Source: the human T2T-CHM13v2.0 reference genome, Homo sapiens
Assembly: GCF_009914755.1 (NCBI RefSeq)
Contig: NC_060925.1
DNA: 64,000 nt
Reading direction: 5' to 3' (one strand)
In this document: in pieces, positions 38,975 through 57,350 of the stretch
Numbering within the stretch: position 1 is the first letter of the stretch
Layout of the letters: each line of letters opens with the position of its first letter
Notes under the pieces: generated by a model
What the model was told of the DNA's origin: nothing
The model's database searches: none
Seen by the model: the letters and a program-made list of their open reading frames with translations, nothing else
Program-made: the position numbers and the translations under genes

Positions 38975-39514
38975 TTGGCTTCCTAAAAGTTTTCTGGAAG
39001 TCTTTCAAATCTTGCTGTGCTGACATCCTGCCCCACCTCCCAATACCCATATTTTCCTCTACCTATAGCTATTTGAATTCTTGTTTTAACTTCCTTTTCA
39101 CCCCCTAGATTATAAGCTCCTTGCATGCAGAAACCACAAAGTAGGAAATAAATATTCATTTAACTGAATTGTGGATTGGTGGCACATGCTGAGGGTAGGG
39201 GGTACCAAATATTTTCTGAATACGAAAAGAAATAATTCATGTACTATTTGAGAATGTATGCCCTTGCCTTCCACCTCTTATTATTACTCATCCTTCCACA
39301 TTGCCTGTATATAGTTCCTGCAAATATTGGAAAACTACTGCAGCAGTAGAAATTGATTCTAGCATTTTCTAATGTGAACATCTGAAGATATTAATAGAGG
39401 TTGTTCCCCAGGATGTGAGAAGGTGTTAAACAAAAAACAATGTAAATATTATGCAAAAAAAGCAGCTTCTCTGGTCAAATAAATTCTGGAGAAATTGTAT
39501 TAAACAAATTGATA

Positions 39515-39666
39515 ATATACCTAATGCTAAATGACGAGTTAATGGGTGCAGCACACCAGCATGGCACATGTATACATATGTAGCTAACCTGCACATTTAC
39601 CCTAAAACTTAAAGTATAATAATAATAAAATAAAAATAAATAAATAAAAAACAAAACAAAACAACA
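39515..39666 (+). mobile_element. Severely 5'-truncated young L1PA 3' end with 13-bp TSD
   Basis: atacctaatgctaaatgacgagttaatgggtgcagcacaccagcatggcacatg...ccctaaaacttaaagtataataataa + A-rich tail; aaacaaattgata at 39502-39514 and 39667-39679. Confidence 0.92.
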
Positions 39667-39921
39667 AAACAAATTGATAGTGGAGTCTTGGCTCTGCAGG
39701 ACTTGTCAGAGCTTTTAGCATGCTATTGTGTGTGTGAATCTACAAGAGAAAAGTTGTCATTTGTGATGATTTCCAGGCTTCAAGGAGCCTCTCAAGGGAC
39801 ATGTTTTGGGAAATGCTAATTTACATAACATGTCCCCTTTTTTTCTTAAAGCAACTCAGATCTAATTGGGAGGGAAGAGGCTTCCTAGGCAGAGAAAGAC
39901 CAGGGTGCAACATACACTCAC

Positions 39922-40097
39922 CATTTGGTAGGTGCGGTTGACCTGGAGCTCTAAGTGGTAGAACAGGTCATGGAAGATGTCTTCCAGGGTTAGCCGGTGG
40001 CCATCGCCTGCACGGATTGGCGTGGGGGTAGGATGAACAATCATCTGAATCGATCTCACTTTGGAGATACAGGTCACATCAGGTGGCTTGAGGGTAG
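39922..40097 (-). CDS. IL22RA1: IL22RA1 exon 4 (second FnIII domain, N-terminal part)
   Basis: Long pyrimidine tract, ccccag|CT ACC CTC AAG...CAA ATG|gtgagt; 176 nt. Confidence 0.97.
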
Positions 40098-41252
40098 CTG
40101 GGGATAGGGAGAGAGAAAAGAGAAAAGAAAAAGTCAGAATCGGTGGGTAGTGTCTGAGGCAACCTTGGACAGTGGAAAATGACTGCTCCCTCTCTCCTTC
40201 CACTCCAGTGCCAGCTATGCTTCTGAAAGCAACGGCTAAACAAACAGTGAAAAGAGAAAAGTTTCTACAAGCCCTGGTGTTTGGGTTTCAGGCTGGCAAA
40301 GGGATGACCAAGAGTGGATGAGAAGAACTCAGGGGGAGGGGCACCAGTCCCCTAGCTTGGTCATGCCTTTGGCTTGCCCCCACACATCCCAGCCCCCTGC
40401 GTCCCCACCTTAAGTCAGCCTAGAGCACCCTTCCTCCCTCATCTATTGAGTATGACAGCTTTGGGGATGTCAATGACATCAACTACACATCCTAAATAAT
40501 GTTTGGGGCCTAATACTATTGATGCAGCCTCAAAGATCAGGCTGAAGACTTCTGTCTCTCTCAAGATGGAATTTTCCAAATAACCAAATTACCTTTGCTG
40601 GTTTACAGACTCCTTTGAGAATGTGATGAATGCTGTGGGTCTTCTTCCTGCCAAAATGTATATATACAAAAATCTTGCATCCAACTTCAGGGATTCATGG
40701 ACCTCATTTACCCTGAATCTAATTTGTAAAAATTCCTCAATGATCCTTTGGCCTCCAAGATTGAAGATATCTGAGTCAGAACAATGTTTACTTCAGTGCT
40801 GCTAATAAAATTGAAAAACTGAGCTGTATGTCCTCAAAAAGGGAAATACATAAGTAAATTAGAGTATCTCCCTAGAATGGATTATTTTGCACTGTGAAAT
40901 ATCTTGTTGTGCAAAATGTTTAATGATATGGGTAAATGTTCATGATACCAATATATGGAGAAAAAGAACCTAAGACAAAAAAGCAATGCCAGATTGCAAA
41001 GTAGATACGGCTGCTAGTATCTGCAGTTATGTTACAATGTTAAGATCATTTTGGGTGACTTTTATTTTTCTTTGTATATTTCTATATTTCACACATTTTC
41101 TACAATGAATGTGAATTCACTGAACAAGCCAGGTTAAAAAAACAATATTTTACTTAATTTTATTTTTTATTTTCTTAAAAAGCTATGTGTGACTATAAAG
41201 TCAGTTGGTGAACATCGTCACACGCTTAGCTTGTGTGGGGAGTTTGGCAACT

Positions 41253-41630
41253 ATATTAGTCCATTCTCACACTGCTAATAAAGACACACCTCAGACTGGG
41301 TAATTTATAAAGGAAAGAGGTTTAACTGACTCACAGTTCCACATGGCTGGGGAGGCCTCAGGAAACTTACAATCAGGAAACTTACAAAATGGGAGGCAAA
41401 CATGTTCTTCCTCACATGGTGGCAGGAAGGAAAATGAGAACCAAGCAAAGGGGGAAGCCCCTTATAAAACCATCAGATCTCACAAGAACGTACCCACTAT
41501 CATGAGAATAGCATGGGGGGAACCGTCCCCATCATTCAGTTACCTCCTACTGGGTCCTTCCCACAAGACAGGATTATGGGAACTACAATTCAAGATGAGA
41601 TTTGGGTGGGGACATGGCCAAACCATATCA
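41253..41630. mobile_element. MaLR LTR (MSTA/THE1-like)
   Basis: tattagtccattctcacactgctaataaagac...gagatttgggtggggac...aaaccatatca. Confidence 0.85.
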
Positions 41631-42836
41631 GCAACTGCTGTCCACTCAACCATTCATTTACTGAATATCTTTTTTATTTTTTTGAGATAGGATCTCACTG
41701 TGTCACCTAAGTTGGAGTGCAGTGGGGCAATCCCAGCTCACTGCAGTCTTGACCTCCTGGGTTCAAGCTACCCTCCCACTTCAACCTCCTGAGTAGCTGG
41801 GACTACAAGTGTGTGCCACCACACCCAGCTAATTTTTAAATTTTTTGTAGAGATGGGGTCTCACTGTGTTCCCCAGGCTGGTCTTGAACTCCTAGGCTCA
41901 AGTGATGCTCTTGCCTCAGCCTCCTAAAGTGCTGGGATTACAAGTGTGAGCCACCACGCCTGGCTATTGAGAATCTTCTATGTGCCAGGCACTATGCTGA
42001 GGGCTGGGAATGCAGTGGATTCTGCCGCCCACACATACAGTTCTAGAGCTCACATTTTAGAGGGGGAGGCAGATGATAACATGTGTGAGCAAACACAGTA
42101 ATTGCAGCGTGTGATCTGAGCGATGAAGACAATAAGCCCTGTATTGCACTAGAGAATCACAGATGGTGGCCTACAGAAATCAGGTCATCAGGGCTGGAGG
42201 TGGGGACACTGACTTAGGATGTTGAAGCTGAGCCGTGAGGACTATAAAAGAACCAGTCATGTGAAGAGCTCAGAAGTGCCCCCAGAGAGTGGGAGCAGCA
42301 AGGAACCCGAGGCAGGGACTGTCAGAAGCTTGGCTGCTCGATGCATTGGGAAGACATGTTCAAGATGAGGACCAGGATAGGCAGGGCCTCGTGGGCCGTG
42401 GCAAGGAGTTGGATCTTATTTGTAGAGTCATGAGAAGCTGCCCGAGGGTTTTAAGCTGAGAAGAGAAGGTGGGATTTATGTGTTGAGGAGATCTCTCTAA
42501 ATGCTCTGTGGAGAATGGGCTGGAGGAGGTGGTAAAGAGGAGAGTTGGGGAAACAAGTTAGGTGGCCTTGACTGCAGTCGGGGGTCAAGATAAGGGTGGT
42601 CTGAACTAGGGAGGTTGGGGTGGAGGTGGAGAAAAGTGAACAAACCTGCTAGGAACACACTGTAATTGGTGGGGGTGGGGGGCTTCCCTAAAAGCCACAT
42701 CCCCAGCTGCCCCTCCCCTTGCAGAGAGCCCCTTCTGGACCCTCCACCCACTCCAGAGGGGAAGAGGCCATCCCACCCCGCAAACACCTGCGCTTTCCTC
42801 TTCCCTCCCCTGAAACCCACAGGGGCTCCAACTCAC

Positions 42837-43015
42837 TGTGCTGCAGAGAGCTGAACCTGTCAGTCATCTTGGTGGCTGACCGGCCTCCCGCACTGACAGC
42901 GGTGACCCTGGCATAGTAGAGCTCCGTGAGGTTGCCCGTCTCCACCGTCAGGTTGCAGGACTTCCGGGTGATCCGCTGACAGCCCTTCTTTGCCACCCAG
43001 TCCCTCTCTCCGTAC
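42837..43015 (-). CDS. IL22RA1: IL22RA1 exon 3 (first FnIII domain)
   Basis: gcag|G TAC GGA GAG...CAG CAC A|gtgagt; 179 nt; YGERDWVAKKGCQRITRKSCNLT shows the class II cytokine receptor W..C.......C pattern. Confidence 0.97.
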
Positions 43016-43170
43016 CTGCAGGTCAGGAAGGGGCCAAGTCACCGTGGTGATGAAAAGGCCAGCGCTAGGCCTGTGGCTTATTAATAATGCCAAGGAGATC
43101 TGATATTTACTTAGCACGTTCAGTGGCCCAGGCCCTTTATGCGAATGATCTCATTTTGTTCTCACAATGA

Positions 43171-43401
<231 letters not shown>

Positions 43402-44288
43402 TAGTAGAGACAGTATGGCCACCCTGTTGGTCAGGCTGGTCTCGAACTCCTAACCTCAAGTGATCCACCTGCCTCAGCCTCTGAAAGTGCTGAGATTATA
43501 GGTGTGAGCCACTGTGCCCAGCCTATTCTGTTTATTTTTCAAACAAAGAAGATGAGGCTCAAAGAAGTAAATTGCCCACGTGTTTGAAGTGTGCATGTGG
43601 AGAGCCAGGATTTGAACCCAGCCAGTCTGAGTCCACATTCTGGGCTCGTCATCACCATAGTCCTTTGATGTGGGCCCTGTTATCCCCATTTTACAGATGA
43701 GAGAAATGAGGCTCAGAGAGGGGGAAGTGACTTGCTACAGGACAACGTGGCATGACCAGGAGTGGAAGCCAGGTTTGAGGACTCCTGAGCCCAGGCCACC
43801 CCTCCTCACCTGCATGGGAGGGAGAGGAGCAGGAACAGGAGCGTGGGCTAGAGGGGCTGGGTGCATCTTCGGTTGACCTAGTCTCACTAATAATAATAAA
43901 ACAATTATTGGTAGCTTATAATTTTCCAGGCACAAGTGCTAATGACTTTATCTTGTTTAACCCACCCAACAACCCTGTGATGAAAGTGCTATCATTGTCC
44001 TCACTTTGTGGGTGGAGAAACTGAGGCTTCGTGAGGTTACCTGCCCAAGGTTATACAGGCGAGAGCGGCATTTAAGCCCAGACAGCCTGACCCTATCACC
44101 TGTACTTTTTACCCTTATATTATTCTCCCTCTGCAAAAGAAACATAAAGGAGCAAAGCTTTATCTGGGAGGGGCTATGTGACACCAGTCCTGGTGGGGAC
44201 ATGGGAACATATGGAGAGGAGGGGAATTCCTTGGAGAGGGGCTGGCTTCAGATCAGTCAAAGGAGGTGGGGTCAAGAGAGAAGCCTAC

Positions 44289-44421
44289 GTCTTATACTCG
44301 ATGCTGTAGACCGTGTCTGGGGTGCCCTCTGGCCCGCTGTCCCACGTCAGGATGTTTTCAAAGTTGCTGGACTGGAATTTCACGTGCTGGAGCAGATCCG
44401 AGGGGTCCTCAGGGGCGTGAG
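44289..44421 (-). CDS. IL22RA1: IL22RA1 exon 2
   Basis: ctgcag|CT CAC GCC...TAT AAG AC|gtagg; 133 nt; HAPEDPSDLLQHVKFQSSNFENILTWDSGPEGTPDTVYSIEYK. Confidence 0.97.
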
Positions 44422-47400
44422 CTGCAGGAGGGTGGGAGGAGGGTGAGCAGGGGCTTTCCCAGGGTCACCCTGCCCATGTATGGGCTCAGTCAGAGTCCTG
44501 CCCCATATAAATTTCATGCAAAGTGTCTTTGCTTTCAAGATGCCAGCCTGGTGGGTGGGCAGGGAGACCCTGGCCCCCAGCCTTCTACAAATGGACCAGC
44601 AAGAGGGGATGCTCCCCACGCTGTTCTAACCAACCATCCATTCTCAGCCATTTTGCTTTGCAATGGGTTGTGATTCACATTCCATAAATGTCACCACCTT
44701 ACAGTGTTCAGTTCAATGGTTTCTTAGCATTTTCACAACGTTGTGCAATCATCGCTATTATCTAATTCCAGAACATTTTTAGCACCCCAAAAAGAAACTG
44801 CATGCCCATTAGCAGTCACTCCACCCATTCTTCTCCTCCCCTAAACCCTGACAACCACGAATCTACTTCCTGTGTCTGTGAATGTCCCTACTCTAGACTT
44901 TTTATGTAAATAGAGCTTGGCTGGCTTCTTTCACTTAGCATAATGTTTTCAAGGTTCACACGTGTGGTAGCATGGATTAGTACTTCCTTTTTAGGGCTGA
45001 ATAATATTCCATTGTGTGATATACCACATTTTGTTTATCCACTCATCAGGACATTTGGGTTGTTTCTACTTTTTGGCTACCATGAATAATGCTGCTGTGA
45101 ACACCGTGTTCAATTTTATAAGTGGACATATGTTTTCAGTTGTCTTGGGTATATATCTAAGAGTGGAATTTGGTAGGTTATATAGTAGCTCTATCTTTAA
45201 CCTTTTGAAGAACTGTCGAACTATTTTCTAAAGTGGCCACACCATTTTTTTTGTCTTTGAGACAGGGTCTTGCTCTGTCCCCCAGGCTGGAGTGCAGTGG
45301 CGTGATCATGGCTCACTGCAGCCTCGACTTCCTGGGCTTAAGCAATCCTCGCACCTCAGCCTCCTGTGTAGCTGGGACTACAGACATGTACCACCACATC
45401 CGTCTAATTTATTTTTAAATTTTTTGTAGTGATGGGGTCTCATATATTGTCCAGGATGTTATGGCTGCACCATCTCAAATTCCCACCAGCATTGTTTGAG
45501 GGGTTCAGTTTCTCCACATCGCCATTGATGCTTGGTATTGTCTCTCATTCACTTTTTAACACAACCTGAAGTTGGTGTCCTCACCCTTATTTTAGAGATA
45601 TGTAACTAAAGTGTGTAAGAAGTGACTTGCCCCAAGTTGATCAGATGAAGCAATGGTGGAGGAGGCGCTCTTGACTGAGCCCACACGTGGGCAGGGTGGC
45701 CTTGGGAAAGTTGTTTAAGCAACGAGAACTTCAATTGCCTCATCTCTAAAATGGATATAGTTTGATTTACCGAAAGACAAACAACAATGACAACAGCAGC
45801 CACTGGCATTTGTGAAGTGCACAGCCTCTTTCAGGCAAGTCCCTCCCTTCATTAAATCCTCACGACAACGTGCCCACTATCACTATCCCCATTTGATGAA
45901 TGAGCTGAGGCTCAGAGAGAGCTGCCGCCCAGCATCACAGTTAGCATGTGAAGAACCTACAATATTCATCCCAGTGCTAGACTGGTTGTGGGGCGGATAG
46001 AGCGGGTTGGCGTCTGTGAATGTGTTTAGTGTCTAACAGGCCCCTATGTACATGTGTTGAGTCTGAAGGGAGGAGACCTGGGAAGGGAAGACATTCGCTC
46101 TGTAGGGAGGGGGCTATCTTGTTCACCCTTTTATATGAGGGTGGGGGGCTTCAGGGACCTGAGCACCTGATAAAGGGATGAATTTAGGGAGGAGGAGAAG
46201 AGAGAGGAGAAGAGAAGCTGGCCATTGAAGAGTCCACAGCCCTCTCTTCCAGGCTAGGTCTTTGTCCAGCCCACTTCTGCTTCTGTTAAGGGAAGGGCAG
46301 TGAGGGCCTGAGCCTCAAGGAAGGGGCTGGGGAGGGGCTGCAGCCTCTAAAGCAATCTGCACTGTAAACAAAGAGTCCTTAACTTATAAAACCCTTCCCT
46401 CAGGCCCCCAGGCTTGGGCTGTGGAGAGCAAGAGCCTGCGGGAAAATGGCGGCCCAAGCTGGCAGCTGGCTCAGAGCTCAGAGGCCCTGGCCGGCTGGCG
46501 TGGGAAATAAACAGGTGGGAAAATGTTAAGCAACCCCAGCTGGGTCAAGGCCTTGCGGCCTGGGTGTGTGTCTTGAATATGTCTGTGCCTCTCCTTCCCC
46601 AGACACGACTACGACTGCCAGTGGGCCCAAGGTGTGAGGGAGCAGACAGTTATTGATTCCCCTACTCCAACTCTACACACAAGAGGGGTCCTCAGGCTTG
46701 GCGAGGACCGATGGGGACGGAAGAATGGTCCGACCCCGCTGCACATCCTCTGGCCAACCTCGAAGGCTGCCCTCCTCTCTGAATTTGGGTTCTGGCCCAG
46801 CAGCTGCAAAATGTCTTCAGGCTTCCTGGAGTCCCCAGAATGGGGCCTTAGGGATGGCGCGGGGAGGGGTCTACTGCCTCTACGCAAGGTGACGGCTGTG
46901 CCGTGGAGCCTTAGGATGTAGCTGACATCTTGTTTGGATGTGAGGCTGGGTGGAATTGGGGTCAGTTCTGGAGGGAGGGGTCCTGGATTCAGGGCTGAGT
47001 CTAAAGTTGAGGAAAGGAGTCCAGTCAAGGTCAGACCTGAACAGTGGCTTCTGGTTGGGTGGTGGGTCAGGGCAGAAGGGTGAGGGTGGGCTTTGAGAAG
47101 CCAGGCTCCATCAAGGCTTGGGGTAGAGTCTGCAGCGGGAACGGTTGCTGGTTGAGGTCAGTGTTCTGGGTGGGAAATAGAGGGCCCATCTGGGTTGCAA
47201 GGAGGCTGGTGGCTGAGGTGGGGGCATGTTGCCAAGGCAAAGGACCCTGGGCTACGTGGAGGTTGGCACCACTTTTCAGGAGGGAACTGCAGTTAGCTTC
47301 CTGAAGTGGGGTAAGTGAACCTAGGCCCACTCCTGTCTTTTAGGGATGTCAGGGTCTAACAAGATCTCCCCCTCTTCTCCCACCCTCCTCGCTCCTTTTC

Positions 47401-48745
47401 CTCCTCAAATCTATCATCCATTCCTCAGCCTGTGTTGCTTCGGCACTTCCCGGGTGAAAGTCTATATTGTGAAATCTGGGGAGACATGTGTTGTGTGGAG
47501 CCTGGCAGCCTGGCGGATTTATAAAAGGCAACTTGTTTTTTCACATTCATGTGGAAAAACAATGTTCTGTCAACCAGCTGGGAAGCTAAGGAAAAATACA
47601 CAAACAAGAAACAATTCCACATGCTCTGGAGTCAGCCTAAGATTGGGGGGGTGAGGGCCCGGTGTGTGCAGCGCGAGACAGCTGACCCTTGACAATCTCC
47701 TAAGGGCTATTTCTTGGGGCCCCCATCTCAAAGGGCTGGGAGCCTCTAGGATTTCTAACCAGTATGGCTGAGGGTCTAAAGGGACGTGTCTTGGTGCCTC
47801 AAGGGGGTGCCTCACATCTTCCTGGAACGCCCAGCTTGATGCTGGGAAGCAGACTGGAGGGGGTCCCACAGAGCTGGAAGCTCTGGGGACGCAGGCAGCC
47901 CTGGCGGGACAGTGGCAGAGAAGGTGGGAAGCTCTGCCTTTTCGTGGGCCTCGTCCTGCACTTGAGCAAGGAGGGCCTGGCCGAGGCCATACCTGCTCGC
48001 CATCCTCAATCAGGACTATGCTTTGACTTCCTAAGGAAGTTCCCTGAATTTCATGCAATGCACCAGGAGAGCAGAGAGAGAGTCTAGGGTCTCATGTAAC
48101 GTTCTCCATAATGATGAGCCCCCCACTCCGCTCACTTTATTGGCTTTGAACACTATGCCCTTAAGACCTGTTTCCAAATGAGTCCTGTGTCTTAAGACCT
48201 ATTAATGTAGCAGACCTGGCCACTCTAGGAGAAAATGCTCTTTCAGATCTATGATAACAAAAGGGGCCAAAGAGGCCCTGCAGGGGCATGGAGGGAGGCA
48301 ATAGTGAACTCAAGCTTCGTTTCCCCCGGTCCTTCCTCCTCCTCCCCTGTCAGGCCAGTGCCAAGTGAGAGGCAGAGGAAGGATGGTACAAACTGTGCCG
48401 ACACCGTTTGAGGGACCGAAGGATGTCTGCCTCCTCCAGGCCAATTCTCCATTCACTGAGGTGCAGCGATCCAGCACCCCCAGTTCAGACAGCTGGCTAT
48501 ATCCCTCAAGACCCGAGGGTCCTTTGGGTCCCTGGAAGAACCCAGGGTCTGAGGCACCCTCTCATGCCCCCAGCAAACTAAGCTGGGCATTTGCTTCTCC
48601 GTGAACACCCGGCACCCTGCTCAGCCCTAGCAGGGGAGAAACTGAAACTGGCTATGCTCGGGCTGGGGAGGGTGCTGGGGAGATGACCCTGATCGTTGGC
48701 CCCTGGGATAAGGGAGGTCTGACCACAGGGTAGATGGGCACTCAC

Positions 48746-48788
48746 CAGCCAGGGATCCCACAGTCAAGATGGTCAGCAGCGTCCTCAT
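48746..48788 (-). CDS. IL22RA1: IL22RA1 exon 1 coding part (signal peptide)
   Basis: ATG AGG ACG CTG CTG ACC ATC TTG ACT GTG GGA TCC CTG GCT G|gtgagt = MRTLLTILTVGSLA(A). Confidence 0.97.
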
Positions 48789-49150
48789 CGGGGCTGGCAC
48801 AGAGCCCTCCCTTGGCCTCTACTCTGCCGTGCACAGAGAGAGGGCTGGGAGTCTTGGCGCCCTGGCAGCTGGCTCCACCCGGGCATGGGGCGGGGAGAAG
48901 GGGGTGGGTGGGACCTGTGCCGGTGGGGAGCAGGGGTACAAAGGTGTCCTGGCCCTGTGTGCTCTGGAATTCCAGGTTCTGGGCGGGATCTAAGGGAGTT
49001 CCCTTCCGACTTGCAGAAAACAGCAATAGCAACAGGCTGGCTTGTTTATCTGGTCCGGTGGCTGATTCATCCCAAGTGGTTTATCAAGGAGCTGAGGGGC
49101 AGAAAAGGCAAGAATAATCCACGATATGCAGCCTTATCAAAAAGCAATTT
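48789..49150 (-). promoter_or_regulatory. IL22RA1: IL22RA1 5' UTR and proximal promoter (no obvious TATA box or CpG island)
   Basis: Immediately upstream of the ATG; GC box GGGGCGGGG 48887-48895; overlapping FOX/GATA TGTTTATCT 49043-49051; further TTATCA at 49081 and 49134. Confidence 0.6.
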
Positions 49151-50765
49151 GGCACTGTGGATCAAAAGCCTACACCACATACATATCTTTTGCTTTAATA
49201 ATTCTATTCCTAGGGGATTTACCCTGATGAAAATAACTGGACAACAGAGGGGGAAAAAAAAGGTCCCAGAATGTTTCTTGCAGCAAAGGAAAAGCTGTGA
49301 CTCCTTTGCTTTTCTGGCAGGAGGAGATTGAGGGCACCCGATGCTCCTCCTTGATCCTCCATATCAAGGCAGGTCCCCACGCTTGGGGTGGGCTTGGGAA
49401 CAGCTCTCCCCTAGAGAGGCCGTTGGGGGTGAGGAAGCCCAGCCGCTCTTACCTTGAGCCTTTGGGTCTAGGATCTGCAAAAGTTTAGAAAAAAAATGGA
49501 ACTCAAACTTCAGTGATTCTTTCTGCTGTGCTAGAGATGGGGCTGAACTTCATGAATGGGGCTTTGGTTCGGGACGATGAAGATTCAGGCTGCTCTCCCA
49601 TCATTTTGCCACGTAGGGCAGGATCTGCACATGAGCTTCGTGTGAATGAAGGGACAGGTGTTTAGGAAATGGTTTTCTCCTTCCTGCAGGGCCTGGAGAA
49701 GGTAGAAGGGCCCTGGGGCCTGGACTCTGGTCAGGGTGGACACGATTGGAGGGTCCTGCCCCTGGGGAGAGTTTGCCTGGCCCCAAGCACACAAAGGCAA
49801 GCGAAATTTTAGCAGGGATCCTGCCAACGGGTTGGGTGTAATGGGCTGTGATATGCTGAGATCGGTGTTTAAGTTTTTCTTTCCTGAATTGTAATTGTTT
49901 GTTATCAGCCCTGATTGCTAAAGTTTGTTTGACAAAACAGCCAAATCTAAGCTGTGCTTTGGAGGAATTAAGGTAGGGCCCATGCCAGTCATTTCCTGAA
50001 ACTGCAGGAAACTACATTTTCTAGACTCCTTTATCAACTGCTTTCTGATAGGTTTAGCCCCTGGGGGAAGACTGGGGAGGCAGAGATCAGAGCATTTCTC
50101 CCCTCGTTTTCTGTTTGAGTGCCTTCCCCAGCAATGGCCATATCCCTCTGCAGTTCTGGCTCCCTCTGGACAGTCCATCAGCCAGGCAACCCCTTATGTC
50201 TTTCTTGTTCCTGCCTGGAGGCCAGCTCCTGGCTCTGGCAACACCTTCTCCCCTCATCTTTCCTTTCAGTTGGTGGGATGGCACAGCTTCCTGCTTTGGG
50301 GAAATCTCTGAACTGTCTGTCCTGATTAGTGTCCCAGCTCCTTCATCCTCTGGGTGACGAGCTCCTTTACATTAAAGTCCCTTGGTCTGAAAGACTGGAG
50401 AGGTTTCTGTGCTACTGAACGAACCATGATGGATAGAGGGTTTTTGATGACTTTGATGACAAGGCAGTGTGGGGAGGCTACAGCGAGAAAAACAGGTTAC
50501 AAGGGACCCTTAGGGAGAAGAGCAGGCTTTGGTCCCAAGTGGCTGGCCGAGAGGACAAGACGCAGCCCCAACAGGTCTGTGGAACACGAAAGTGTTCCTT
50601 GGGGCCTCTCAGAAGCACTGGAAGAAGGAACTTGATGGAGGAAAAGGGCATCCTGTAGTTTCGAGGGCCTGTGGTTATGTAGGAATTAACGGGAAGGAAG
50701 ACACCTGGATTGCTAAGGAATGTGGGAACACCCAGACTTCATTTCTAACAGTTTAAGAAAAAAAT

Positions 50766-55240
<4,475 letters not shown>

Positions 55241-56867
55241 AGAAGTTTGAGTTGGCCATCATTTCTGAGGCCCGATTCCAGGGCTGGAGAAAGTAACGGC
55301 ATTGCATCCTGCAGGTTAGGCGTCCAGGCTGGGTTAGAGTTACTTAGAAGCAGGGGCTTTCATGAAAGGGCCTGGAGCTCAGAGATGGGAGTGTGGGGGC
55401 TCCAGGCTCCTACTGGACTCTGGCTTCCCAGATGGTCCACTGAGCACCTGGAGAAACAGACTCAGAGTGGGGTGGGATATGTCCCACCCTGGAGGCACCG
55501 CCCTCCTAGAGAGGGGCCTCTCGCCATATGCTGATGGTTTTGTCCACCAGGACAGGGCACTCCTCGTGACCTTATCCTCTTCATCCATTTAAATAAGCAG
55601 TTGGGGGAAATAAAAAGACTCAGCTTATATAAAGCCATCACACCTCCATGTCATGTATCGTCACACGCCAAGGGTGGGGCTCCCAGGGCTGGAACCGGTC
55701 CTGGTGTCAACCAGTATCTCTTGAGGAACTGACTCATGGAGCTGACTCACGCATTTAGATATAACTTCTAGTCTGTTTTCTAGAAAAAACACCCCCAACC
55801 CTCATTACTTCAGCCCCACTTTATGCACACAGGAATGAGCTCAGGGAAGATGCGCAGGCAGCCATTGATCAAAACCTAAATCACATGGGAAACAATCAAT
55901 TACAGAATAATAAGTCCCAGACCAAGTGATAAGGTCCTGTTCTGTCTCCCGCGTACTCCCTCCAACATCACTATGCTCGCTGAGCAGCACCAGTGCCCCC
56001 TCAGAGCAGATGCTGGGCGAGGGAGGACGGGCACCGACGGGCAACGGGAATTTGGGATCAGGATGGTATCATCGCATGCGAGAGCTCCTGCAACCTTATA
56101 TGTAAGTCAGTCACAGCCGTCCACTTACTGACTCCAATTCATACGCCAATTCACTCACTTATTCTTTCATTCACTTACTCAATCCCAAGCTTCCACTCTG
56201 TGCCAGGTGCTGGTGCCAAGAGGAAAAGCAACCCCTTTCCTAAAGGAAGTTTTCAGGGCGTCCATTACCCCAGCCCTCCCCTCTCCAGGTTCCCTGAGCT
56301 CGGTTCGGGTAAGACCGCGCCCAGCCGCCCTGACATACCACCACTGTCCAGGAGGTGGCAGCAGACAGGTTCGGAGAAGCTCAAGGGCGGCGACCCAGCA
56401 GTAGGAGGAGGAGGAGGGCGGGCGGGTCACCTGGAGAGGACGTCCTTCCCTGTTTCCTGGAAAGGACCAGATACCCGAAGCTGGCCACAAGCGGGCATGG
56501 TGGCGGGTGTCTGTAATCCCATCTACTCGGGAGGCTGAGGCAGGAGAAGCGTTTGAACCCGGGAGGTGGATTCACTGTCTCCTTGTCTTTGTGAATTAGC
56601 AAGGACATTTGGTTACAAGTAATAGAAGGCCCTGGCTTAAATGCTGGGGTGGGGGAGGAAACATAATTTCTCACTCCTTCATAGTAGAGACAGATCGCCC
56701 TGTAACAAAAGACAGATTACCAAGAGAAAAGCAAGCAAGTCTGTAATACGTGCAGCACACATCACGAGGGAGAAACCTCAAAAGAAAGGTGATGGTGCAG
56801 TGGCTTATGACTCTGGCTTAGAGAGCATCTTCAACAAAGAACAATAAATTTTATCCTGACAAAACGC

Positions 56868-57350
56868 TGTCAGGAATAACGCTCAAAATCCTAAGGAAAT
56901 TGAACACTCGAACAAAGGATTCTTAGCAAAGTAATTTTACTTCTGCGCAGACGGGTGCCTCCTTGGCCAGTCGCCATGAGAGCACACCTGAACAAAGGGC
57001 AAGAGAGCCTTTAATTCTGACGCAAATCCTGCCCCTGTACTCTTTCCCCATTGGCCGGGGTCCGGTCGTACAATCTAAACGAATCCCGGTTGGCTAAACA
57101 TTTGAATTTTTTTACATAAGGTGGGCACGTAAAAGAAATTGGAGAGGGCGGGGAAGGGGTGTCTGTCATGAGCTAGAAAGTTAGTCTTCTTTCCAAATAA
57201 GGAAAGGAATGTGAGCTGGTACTGATAACCCCTGGTACTGTGGTGTGTCTGGGCATCTAACAAAGGCAAAAAGGAGAAAAAGGGGTACTATGAATTAAAG
57301 AATAAAAGATGGATCAGATTATTTGAAGAGAAACCTCATCATATCCCACA
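56868..57350 (-). mobile_element. Intact-length solo LTR of the LTR10 family (ERV1), nested inside an older MER34-like LTR (~56650-57645)
   Basis: 483 bp, TG...CA termini; minus strand begins tgtgggatatgatgaggtttctcttcaaataatctgatc; outer element ends ggcatatttggggggtaacacattctggtttctcttca; family names from recall. Confidence 0.7.

Noticed and set aside
39862-39921. Read-through of the IL22RA1 exon 4 donor giving a short hydrophobic tail (VSVCCTLVFLCLGSLFPPN*)
   Set aside because: Strong consensus donor; the nearby L1PA poly(A) signal is on the opposite strand, so it does not support a truncated isoform
57241-57260. p53 response element in the LTR10-like element
   Set aside because: Both half-sites break the CWWG core in this copy
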